Below, one piece after another: positions 25,493 to 36,420 of a stretch of DNA of 64,000 nt. Numbering within the stretch: position 1 is the stretch's first letter; the number at the start of each line of letters is the position of its first letter. The position numbers were made by a program, and so were the translations under genes. Below the pieces are notes generated by a model that did not search any database, was not told the origin of the DNA, and saw only the letters and a program-made list of their open reading frames with translations. The DNA comes from Mobula hypostoma (Eukaryota), in assembly GCF_963921235.1 (NCBI RefSeq), contig NC_086109.1, forward strand, positions 32,304,001 through 32,368,000. Direction: 5' to 3'.

Positions 25493-27384
25493 AGTTTATT
25501 TTACTACTTTTGTCATAAACTAATAGGCACATTCATGCTATATTAGTTATAGATGGAAATCAACTCTCTTTTGAAAACCTGTGTACAACTTCTCAATTCA
25601 GGTTTCCTCATTCCATAGTTTTAAATCCAATCGAATTGAAAATCAAGGACCCTAACCAGCAACTGGATAGAAATCAACCAGATGTTTCATCTTGACTTTT
25701 CCAAATTTTCCATAGCATTTGTGGGCAACACCAGGTTGAGAGGGTTAATGTTCAAAGGAGGGTCACAAACATTTACATGGGGATATTAATAAACTTTTGA
25801 ATTCAAATAAGTGACAAATGAAATGCTTGCATAATAAAATTGCAATCACTAAGCATAACAGACCTTAAACAATTTTACCTTTATCATAAAATGGAGATAG
25901 AAGAATGAAAGGAAACTCCAAGCATATTCCTTTCCAGACTATACGGATGGCTGCTGGATGTCACTTATTAGATTTTAAAGCAGAACTTTTCTACACAAAG
26001 ACGAGCAAATTAAAGACCTGTCAGCAATAAACTGGGGAATGTTTAAGACAAATAATAAAAGCACATTAAAGGTAAAGTAAGATAATGTGAGGATAATGAA
26101 TTATAAGATGATCTAACAGAATCAGACAAGATATGAGAGGACAAGGGGCCCTGAAATTCTAGCGGGGAATTCTAACTTTAGACCCTGTGATCTTTAAACT
26201 CAAATGGAGACTCATTCAAAATTATATACAAGTTTTTGTGGTGGCCATGCCTCCACTGTTGGTTCAATACATAATACCAAAAGCAAGGCAAGAATGAATA
26301 TCTATACAAATGGCCCACAAAAGTGCTTTTTGATTTTATTCAATATATAACAGGAAATTAGATAATATCTGTATAAACTAATTATTTTTCACAATTATGG
26401 CAAGTGCAGATCCAGTCTGACTAAAACGTTAACTCATTCAAGTCTTCTCATGAGCATTTTTTCCAGGCTGACAACTTTGGAAGGCATGAAAAGTGGATAA
26501 ATTCAGCAAATCTGCAATCAGGTTATTGATAAATGTTGAACTTGCTAGACTAAATGCAAAAGCTGGGTGACTGGAAGTGCAAACAAAATATATATTTAAC
26601 TGTTTGATTCAAAAGGTCAGACACAAGCCCCCAACTCTATAAAAGGCCTATATGTGTTTATATTATACTTACAAAAATACTGAGGAATTTTATTAATATT
26701 TACCAATGTTAAAATCAACCCCATCACTGGGCAATATCAATGAGTATTGACAATGTGTGCAATATAATATCACAGGCATCTCAAATATTTTATTTCACAT
26801 CTTTCTTCAATGAATATGCAGCTGCACAGGTATCTATCTACAAATAAAATGTGCACCCTTTTCTTACCAGTAGGCAGCAGGTTGAAGAGATTGAAGAGGA
26901 TCATGAGAAACCAGAATGTTTATAAAACCAAAGAGATAGGGAAAAAGTTGAAGTTTCTAAAACAGAACCAAATTTGTAAAATGAAAGGCAAAAAAAAACT
27001 CGAGGGAAAAAAACTATTCTTCTCTCATACCAAATTTCTAAATAAACTACTCATTTCCCATCTGAATCCAGTCTATTTTTAAACTTGCATTTATTATTTG
27101 CTAGTTTGCCCTATTTAGATTTTGAAGACCGAAGTAGATCATTTCTTTAGCAATGCCATCCCACTGTTTTTTTTGGAAAAGTCCTGAATGAAAATAGCAT
27201 GACCAGTAAATTTACAAGGATAGAGAATTATACTCCATAAGTCACCCTCATTTATCACATGTATCAATGAAAAAAATAAAAACTCATTATGCCAAAGTAA
27301 CCATACCAACATTAGAGAAATATAAATTCAATAAGCCTCTCATTTAGTCACAAAAACAAGTTAGTATGATTTATATTTAGTATG

Positions 27385-27665
27385 ATTTATTTCAGCTTTT
27401 ATTTCTTTCATCACTTTCCCAGTGGGTCAGAAGTTTACATACTCTTTGTTATTATTTGGTAGCATTGCCTTTAAATTGTTTAACTTGTGTCAAACATTTT
27501 GGGCAGCCTTCCACAAGCTTCTCACTGTAAGTTGCTGGAATTTTGTTCCATTCTTCCAGACAGAACTGGTATAACTGAGTCAGGTTTGTAGGCCTCCTTG
27601 CTCGCACACGCTTTTTCAGTTCTGCCCACAAACTTTCTATTGGATTGAGGTTAGAGCTTTGTGAG
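27385..27665 (-). mobile_element. Sleeping Beauty-type (IR/DR) Tc1 transposase 3' fragment with inner direct repeat
   Basis: NLNPIESLWAELKKRVRARRPTNLTQLYQFCLEEW.KI..TY..KLVEG.PK.LTQVKQFKGNATK, plus tcccagtgggtcagaagtttacatac at 27417-27442. Confidence 0.85.
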
Positions 27666-28266
27666 CACCTTTGCTCCATCCACCATAAAGGCGGGGTTTC
27701 CCAGTGGTCACCTATTTCAATTCAACTTCACACTCTCAATCTGATATGTCAGTCCACAGCCTGCTCTATGGTCACAATGAAGCCACTCTCAGGTTGGAGG
27801 AGCAACGCCTCATATTCCATCTAGGTAGCATCCAACCTAACGGGATGAACATCAATTTCTCTAACTTCTGGTTATAACTCACCTTCTCTCTTTTTCCATT
27901 CCATATTCTAGCACCCCTCTTAACTTTTCTCTTCTCCTCACCTACCCAGCATCTCCCTCTGGTGCCCCTCCCCTTTCCCTTTATCCTATGGTCCACTATC
28001 AGATTCCTTTCTCTCCCGTCCTTTACCTTTCCAACCTATCATCTTCCAGCTTCTCACTTCATCCCCTCACCCACCCATACACTTTCTCCCTCACCTGGTT
28101 TCACCTATCACCTGCCAGCTTGTACTCCTCCCACTCCCCCACCTTCTTATTCTTCACCCTCCTTTCCAGTCCATGATGGATCTTGGCCCATAACGGTGAC
28201 TGTTTATTCCTTTCCAAAGATGCTGCTTGACTTGCTGAGTTCCTCCTGCATTTTGTGTGTGTTGTT
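27666..28266 (+). mobile_element. Penelope 3' fragment (GIY-YIG C-terminus plus terminal repeat), older than the 19759 copy
   Basis: EATLRLEEQRLIFHLGSIQPNGMNINFSNF, a pyrimidine-rich tract and a decayed hammerhead at ~28170. Confidence 0.85.
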
Positions 28267-28519
28267 CACGTTTATATATTTCCTTCCTAAGTTTTCTTTG
28301 AGATTGTAATAAATGTTCCATCAAGACCCATTTACTTTAATATCAAGTGTAGTAATACATACTATACACAACAAATTTACAAAATATGTTAATTTCTTGT
28401 AATGGTATTTACATGCTGGTCCCAGAATAGATCCTCTAAAATGATAATACAAAGGAATTTAAAGTTACCAACACTCTCCACCTCCAATCCCCAAATGAGG
28501 ACCTCTGGTTTCTTCATCA

Positions 28520-29420
28520 ACAATGTAATAGAAAACTCTAAAATGGACAGTCCCAAGCCCAGCTGTGAATCGAGGATTAGGCATGCAGCCCAACTCATAA
28601 AACTCAAGAGCTACAGAAACACCAACAGAAGCTCCAAAGACCTCATCCCTGGGAGAGGAAGGATCTTCACCTAGAAGATCTATCATGTGGTGAAAGTGGA
28701 AGCCACAAGGCCAATCGACCTTTGGCCCAGGACGGAGGACTGCCGCCGACTGCCTATGTCCCAGTAGGAGTGATGGGCTTAAGAAAAAGTCAATGTCAGC
28801 ACTCAGAGCATCCTCAAAATGCCAGCTACCTCCCTACAATGTGCCCATCAACTCCACCAGTTCTTATGCTACCCACCTTTGTGAGTCAATTTGTTGCTGC
28901 AGCACCACTCAGCCATATTTTCAACCTCCCTTCAATGTGCTGATTCATCACCACCTTTGATACGGCCAAAGACATTGGTGTCATCAGCGCCTCGACAGAC
29001 TTGGTCATCACAACTCGGCAAGTTGTTTTGTTATGTCTCCCCTCTCGCTGTGAAAGGGGGACACTCCTTCTTCCCTTTTTTAGGAAGGGAGAGAGCCTGT
29101 AGTATGTCGAATTATGAACGATTAGTTTTTGTCGTACTGCAGATCATGGTCTTTCTTGGGGGCTTTATTATTGCTTGCTTGGTGGGTGGAGGATTTTGAT
29201 GCTTTTTTTGCACAAGTAAGTGGGGGTGGAGGGAGATGGTTGCTTTGCTACTGCTTGTGCGTGGGAGGGTGGACAGGGGGCTTTCGGGTTCTAACATTTT
29301 TACTGTCACTCATTCTTTGGGGCACTCTTCTGTTTTCATACATGTCTGCAAAAAACAATTTCAGGATGTATATTGCATACATTTCTCTGATATTAACTGG
29401 AACTATTGAAATTATTGAGT
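28520..29420 (+). repeat. Unclassified non-coding interspersed repeat, probably a non-autonomous retroposon
   Basis: GT-rich body ending in a short (tattgaa)n-like tail, with architecture similar to 61200-61790. Confidence 0.4.
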
Positions 29421-30139
29421 TGGAGTTGCATCAGTTCCAGGGAATCAGTAGCGAGCTCATCAAAATGATTAAACATTGAAGTACTTTCAGGCAGCCAAGG
29501 GACAAATGTCAACTCTTTTTTAAGTAGAAATTGAAATATACCGATTAATTTTTAAATGTTACCTACATTTCAATTTTGAGGTAATAATATTCTACATATC
29601 AAAGAGTGTCAAGAAGATTGTTTAAGCATTAATACAGACCATTTAAAAATGTCCACCTCAACCTCAAACAAGAAAATAAATTTTCTAAAGTATTCTACAC
29701 TTATAAAAATTTTATTAAACCAAATCTTACATTTCAAGGTTACTTAAATGTTGCAAATTAACCCAACTTTGGAAAACCAGGGAATAATTGACAACTGCAT
29801 TTGATTAATACTGTAACTGTAAAAAAAAAGGAATTGTCTTTTCCCTTATCTACATTCATCAGCTCTCCTTACAATAAAATAGTTTTAGGCAGTCAAGTCA
29901 CAACAATACACATAATGTCAGCAATAATTTACAATAAAATGAAAATGGTAGGACATTTTGTTATGTACTTAAAATAAGATACTGCCACCACATTAATACA
30001 GCTTGTCAAGTTTTCCTCCATCTGAGCCAGCATGCCATTGTTCAAACAAAAATCCATTACTTGCTTATAGGCCTCAGCTATGCACAATAAAAAGCTATGC
30101 AACAAAAAGTCGCGTCCAATCTTTATTTGACATCCTTAA

Positions 30140-30857
30140 AGGCCAATTTATACTTGTGCATCAAATTGATGCCTTAAGTACAGTGTAGCCACGTACCCTA
30201 CACCGTACCCTACCCCATAGCCTGATGCGCACCTCCCCAAAAATGTAACTACGCGTCGCGGCGACGCAGACCACAACAGCTGTGATTGGTCCGCTTGGTA
30301 GCATTGCATTTCCTGCTACGCTGCAGTAGCTTCCCATTGGGTGATTGAAGGGCAGGGAAGGAACTCTGGCTGCAATGCTTTTCATAAAGCTTTACAGACC
30401 TCTGAAATTATGGAGGACCCTGTGCTTGACGCTAGTTTGTAGCAGCTGCTACAGCCTATTGACTTCCACCTGAAGCTAAAACTCGAATGGTGATTGCCAG
30501 TCTCTGGGTATACTGTGCGTACACTTATGCAAAATAAATCACTGGAGACAATGAACCAAATCTTCAAATCTACCTGCCGACATCCAAAAATATTTGAAAT
30601 GCATTTCCTCATCCATGTCTCTCGGTAGCCAGACAAGCACAGAAAATTCACCCTCCTTCAGTTTCAGTCGCCATTGTTTGAAGTTAACACGAAGAACCCA
30701 ACACAGTGGCATAGAAACCCCACCGCCAACTAGTGTTTAGGCAGTGAATTGCAGAGCGATGCAAACACAACAACACACAAGTATAAAAACTCACAATGCC
30801 GTAGCCCACTTGCGAAGGCTACAGCGTAAGCTAGTACGCACAAGTATAAATCAGCCT
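30140..30857 (-). mobile_element. PIF/Harbinger internal-deletion derivative retaining the transposase N-terminal region
   Basis: TAA|aggccaatttatacttgtgc ... gcacaagtataaatcagcct|TAA (3-bp TSD). The minus strand gives [18 protein letters not shown] and YKLASST.SSIISEVCKAL. Confidence 0.8.
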
Positions 30858-31449
30858 TAAGAAGTTGTTAGCTTGCAATTAAGAACTAAAGTCCTGACCA
30901 ATCTTTCCCTTGCGAATCCTTGGAACTAAGGCCAATTCTAATACACTTAAATGTTTTGATTAAGAGATGCAGTAGATTGGAGATAAAATTTCACTTTCCT
31001 GAAGTGTACATTGAAGCTATTTATTTGATAACCTTACTCAGCCTTGGGGAACCAAGATACATGGATTTATTAGTTTCATATTGATTTATTGTTGTCACAT
31101 ATATCATAATACAGTGAAAAGCTTTAGTTTTGTGCACCATCCACAGAGATCATGTCATGCATAATTACATAACGAGGAAAAAGAAAACAGAATGCAGAAT
31201 AGAAAACTTAATCCTCAGAATGGTACCCAAAATGTTTTCTGTCTTCTTACATTGCTTAACACTGTGTCTGTTTGTTGATAGTATTTTATTAACAAGAATG
31301 CACATTTGGAATGCAGGATTCAGTGAATTGCAAACTTTTAAAAAAACTAGGAAACTGGTTTGCCATAATTTGTAGCTCAAAAAGACCCTCAACTTCACCA
31401 GTTTAGAGTGTTTGATATGGCTCTTTTTAATTTGCAACCTTGATGAACA

Positions 31450-34400
31450 TATTGGTATTGGTTTATTATTTTCACATACAGCACTTGAAAGTTTATCCTG
31501 CATACTGTTCATAAAGTGCATTGAAGTAGTACAAGATAAAACAATAACAATGCCAAACGAATTGTGAAAGCTACAGAGAAAGTGCAGTGCAGGTAAACAA
31601 TAAAGTGAAAGATCATATCGAGGTAGAATATGAGGTCAAGAGCTCATCTTATCATATATGCGGATGTTTGATAACTTGGACATACAGTGGCATGCAAAAG
31701 TTTGGCCACCCCGGTCAAAATTTCTGTTACTGTGAATAGCTAAGCGAGTAAAAGATAAACTGATTTCCAAAAGACATAAAGTTAAAAATGACACATTTCT
31801 TTAATATTATAAGAATTTTTTTTTATTTCTATCTTTTACAGTTTCAAAATAACAAAAAAGGAAAAGGGCCCGAAGCAAAAGTTTGGGCACCCTGCATGGC
31901 AGTACTTAGTAACACCCCCTTTGGCAAGTATCACAGCTTGTAAATGCTTTTTGTAGCCAGATAAAGTCTTTCAATTCTTGTTTGGGGGAATTTCTCCCAT
32001 TCTTCCTTGCAAAAGGCTTCTAGTTCTGTGAGATTCTTGGGCCATCTTGCATGCACTGCTCTCCTCAGGCCTATCCACAGATTCTCGATGATGTTTAGGT
32101 CAGGGGACTGTGAGGGCCATGGCAAAACCTTCAGCTTGCACCTCTTGAGGTAGTCCATTGTAGATTTTGAGATGTGTTTAGGTTCATTATCATGTTGTAG
32201 AAGCCATCTTCTTTTCATCTTCAGCTTTTTCAGACGATGTGGTTTGTTTCCAGAATTTGCTGGTATTTAATTGAATTCATTCTTCCTTCTACCAGTAAAT
32301 GTTTCCCGTGCCACTGGCTGCAACACAAGCCCAAAGCATGATCAACCCACCCCCATGCTTAACAGTTGGAGAGGGGTTCCTTTCATGAAATTCTGCAACA
32401 TTTTTTCTCCAAACATACCTTTGGGAAGAATGAATTCAATTAAATACCAGCAAATTCTGGAAGCAAACATCACACCATCTGTAAAAAAGCCAAAGATGAA
32501 AAGAGGATGGCTTCTACAACAGGATAATGAACCTAAACACACCTCAAAATCCATAGTGGACTACCTCAAGAGGTGCAAGCTGAAGGTTTTGCCATGGCCG
32601 TCACAATCCCCTGACATAAACATCATTGAGAATCTGTGGATAGACCTCAAAAGAGCAGTGCATGCAAGACGGCCCAAGAATCTCACAGAACTAGAAGCCT
32701 TTTGCAAGGAAGAATGGGCGAAAATCCCCCAAACAAGAATTGAAAGACCCTTAGCTGGCTACAAAAAGCGTTTACAAGCTGTGATACTTGCCAAAGGGGG
32801 TGTTACTAAGTACTGACCATGCATGGTGCCCAAACTGTTGCTTTGGGCCCTTTTCCCTTTTTGTTATTTTGAAACTGTGAAAGACGAAAATAAAAACATT
32901 TTTCTTGCTTAAAATATTAAAGAAATGTCTTTTGGAAATCAGTTCATCTTTTACTCGCTTAGCTATTCACAGTAACAGAAATTTTGACCGGGGTGCCCAA
33001 ACTTTTGCATGCCACTGTAAGCTGTCTTTAAATGTGGTGGCATATGCTCTCAAGCTACCTGATGTGAGAGGGGAAAAGAGAAAATGTCTGGAGTGGATGG
33101 GGTCTATAATTATGTTGGCTGCACTACTGAGGCAGCAAGAACTGTAGAGTCCATGGTTTCCATGTTGTGCTGAGCTGTATCGACAACTCTCTGGATTTTC
33201 TTGTGGTCACATGCAGAGCAGTTGCCTTACCAAACCCTTATGCATCCAAGCTGAAAGCTTTCTATGATGCAGCTATAAAATTTGTTCAGTCGACGGGTTC
33301 ATGCTGAATTTCTTTGGCTTCCTGAGGAAGCTGAGACATTGGTGAGGTTTCTTGGCCGTGACATCAACATTGTTGGACCAGAACAGGCTATAGGTAACGA
33401 ATGTTGACTCCTGGGAACCTGAAACTCTCAACCTTAACACCACTGACGTTGTTGCAGATGCACCACCCCACCCCTTCCTGAAGTCAGTGACCAGCTCTTT
33501 TATTTTGTTGACATTGAAAGATTGTTGTCATGACACCATCTCTATTTCCTTCCTGTACTCCAGCTCTGTTGAGATACAGACTACCACAGTGGTATCACCT
33601 GCAAACCTGTAGACAGAGTTAGAGCAGAACCCGGCCTCTCAATCATGAGTGAATTGTGAGTAGAATATGGGGCTGAGGAAGCAACCTTATGGATCACCAA
33701 TGTTTAGAATAATTATGGGACGGTGTGCTACCTATCCCTTCTAAGTGCAGTCTGCTGGTCAGGGCATCAAGGATCGAGTTAGAGATCAGCATTAACTCCC
33801 AGGGGTCCAGAGTTTGGTGATGAGTTTGCTTAGAATTACAGTACTGAAGGCATAGTCTGACATACATTGGTATCATTGCCATCCAAATGCTCCGGAAATA
33901 AATGTTGGGCCAAGGAGATATCATCTTCCATAGACCTGTTACAGTGATAGGCAAATTGTAGTGGGTTGAGATTATCTTGAAGGTTGGAGATGATGGATGC
34001 TAAAACCAGCCACTCGAAGCAATTCATGATGATAATTATCAGAGCCACTGGTTGGTAATCATTAAGGCACGTTATCTTATTTTCCTTGTGTACAGAGATG
34101 ATAGTGGTCTTCATAAAGCAGGAAGAATGATAGCCTGACCAAGGAAAGTTTAAAACTGTCTGCCAATAACTGTGCCAGCTGATCTGCACAGAATCTAATG
34201 ACACAACCAGAGACACCCAGGCCTGGTGCGTTCTGCAAGATTGATTTTACGCCTCTAATGATGACTGGAGTTCAGGTGCCTTGGGACACTGTCACGGTGG
34301 GTGTTGACATATGCACTTCTGTTTAAAATGTGTTAAGGAAAAGAATAGGGTTCAGTCATCACTACTGCCCAACTTTGTTTTGTATGTAAGCCGTGCCATA

Positions 34401-34740
34401 GCTCACTGGTACTTGATTTTGGCCTGATACTGTCAGCATATCTGATAGTTTTACAGAGCTCATACACATCTTGATTTCTCATAAAAGTCAGGGTCACCTG
34501 ATTTAAATGCCGCAACCTAGACTTCCTGGTTCATCCATGGTTTTAGGTTTGGACACATCTTTAGTACACAGTCCTCAACACATTTACTGATGAAGTCCAC
34601 GATGGTAATGACTAACAGCTGAATCTTTGAACATAGAGCAACCAACCAGCAAAGCAGTCACGTAGAAGCTTGTGTTTCCTCAGACCAGCACTGTACCGGA
34701 TACTTCTCCTGCTTTACTTTCTGCTTGCATACAGGGAGCA
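31450..34740 (-). mobile_element. Decayed Rex1-type LINE interrupted by the palindromic Tc1 at 31685-33017
   Basis: CFMKTTIISVHKENKITCLNDYQPVALIIIIMNCFEWLV..NLNPLQFAY..NRSMEDDIS at 33836-34216. The 3'UTR continues on the other side of the Tc1. Confidence 0.8.
31685..33017. mobile_element. Palindromic (fold-back) Tc1 derivative, copy 2, same family as 17803-20651
   Basis: TA|cagtggcatgcaaaagtttgg ... ccaaacttttgcatgccactg|TA. The transposase C-terminus is on both strands (31931-32218 minus, 32423-32816 plus). The switch is at ~32423. Confidence 0.95.
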
Positions 34741-34929
34741 TGTACCAAAGTATAAAAGGAGTTGACTCCATATATACAGAATACGTACATAATTCAGTTC
34801 CCCTGGTTTTAATAAACTACCAAATACATATTAATATGCACAACACTGTTGGAAATCGTTGACATGGCCCGAGGTCCCAGCTCAGTGTTGTGTTTACTAA
34901 TTCACAGCCTCAGGTTGTAACACTATGAT

Positions 34930-36420
34930 ATTCGCGTGTTTTCCATTTGCATCCACACCAAAGCAGGCTCAGCTGTTCAGTGACGTAGACGTTATCAGGG
35001 GAGGGGCCAAGTGGTAACTGACGTCACTGCAGCAAATAATTTTCCCGGGCGCATTTGAATTTAACTCCTGTCGGTTCAGGCAACCGTCCAGGCCGCAAAT
35101 AAACATCGCCACCAGAATAATCTAGCAGACCCCAGTTCAGGACTCGACCTGCCCGATCCCCGTCCATTCTGCTACCGACTCCGCCCACACCCCTAGGTGG
35201 AATTTTCCAGAATTTCCCCCTTCAACACTGACCCCCTTATTTCCCTCCCCCCAACATGCTCAATCACTACGTACCTTGCTAACGGATGTACAATGGCAGA
35301 CGGTGATCGGCAACGGCTTCAGCCAATTGCCAGTAGCGAAGCCAGGAACCGCGTTCCAATCAGGAACGGCCCTCTTGCCCGCGGCCACCAATCAGCGTGG
35401 CGAGAGGGCGGGATCAGCTCTGACCAGGTTCGGTTGGACGGAGAGAATTTACAGTGGAACAAGATGGCGACTCTTCCCACAACAAGCGACCCCCAACGCA
35501 TATTAATTACAGACCTCTAACGGCTGACCTGAGTGCGTTTCATTCGCCGGCGGCAGCGCATCACAAAGCTCACAGCTCCACTTTACAAATTACTGGCAAA
35601 CAAACGCGCACAACAACGTGTTAAAAACGCCATTTACCTTGTACGCGAGACCAGCAAAGTCGGGGCAGAGGAGGGGGGGGCCGAGGGAAAGAAGAGAGAA
35701 AAAAAAATTTCCTCCGGGTCGCAATTATAATTAATGGCACCAGGAGCGCCGGTTATCTGCCGTTGTTCAACGCTGAATATGTCGTCCCCTCAGATCGGGG
35801 CGCTTCATAGTGCACCCGATGGATGTTTCGTCGGAGCCCGGCGTCAACAAAGACGGACTTTAATGGAGATTTTAGTGTAAGGAAGAGTACGTAAGATAGC
35901 GGTAGGAACGCGAACCCTTGCCGCTGGTTTGGGAGGGGGGAGGAGGTGTGGGTTGGGGGAGGGGGAAAGCTCTTTTCAATCACAAGCCGGACACGCCCCT
36001 GCGCATGACCCGAGCAAACGGGAAACCCCGTGCGGCGGTGGCGGCGGCGACGGACGGGCGGGCGGGCAGCGGCCGGACGCGCGAGAGGTAGGGACGGCGG
36101 TCGCGAGCTGTTGCCGGGCGCTCTCCGCGTGCGCGCGTGCATAGGGGTGCAGCAGCCCCGGACGGCTCGCCCTGCACTGAGACTCGGCAGAGGAGGCGTC
36201 AATCCTAGTGCAGTGTTAGCGCTTCGAATGATGGGCGGGCTGCAGGATCTCCACTGTCAAGCAGTGGTTTTAATTGTCCCCGGCATTAACAAGTTAAATA
36301 CACCGGTATAACACCTTAAGAGAATAAGGACACTTGTAGCAACTTCCTGGGGTTTGAGCTGCCACTGACGGTCAGGCTGTCCTCTTAAAGCGAAGGTTCG
36401 GTTGCGCTCAATGAGAATTT
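34930..36420. promoter_or_regulatory. CpG island / BRPF3 promoter region
   Basis: Sharp rise in CpG and GC in an otherwise CpG-poor window. GC boxes, CRE TGACGTCA at 35019-35026, CCAAT boxes at 35323/35356/35388, YY1-type CAAGATGGCG at 35460-35469 and NRF1-like GCGCATG at ~36001. Confidence 0.9.
35638..36050 (-). other. BRPF3: Probable non-coding exon 1 of BRPF3 (5' boundary/TSS uncertain)
   Basis: Donor AAG|gtaaat at 35638/35637 inside the CpG island. Exon 2 has only 11 nt of UTR before the ATG, so an upstream exon is required. An alternative donor, AAG|gtacgt, lies at 35275. Confidence 0.55.

Noticed and set aside
32271..32816. 181-aa ORF as a functional or novel transposase
   Set aside because: It is a chimera across the palindrome junction: antisense sequence fused to the C-terminal half, lacking the DNA-binding domain and the first catalytic Asp.
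35197..36311. Multiple overlapping Arg/Gly/Pro-rich ORFs
   Set aside because: These are expected from stop-poor GC-rich CpG-island DNA and show no recognisable protein motif.
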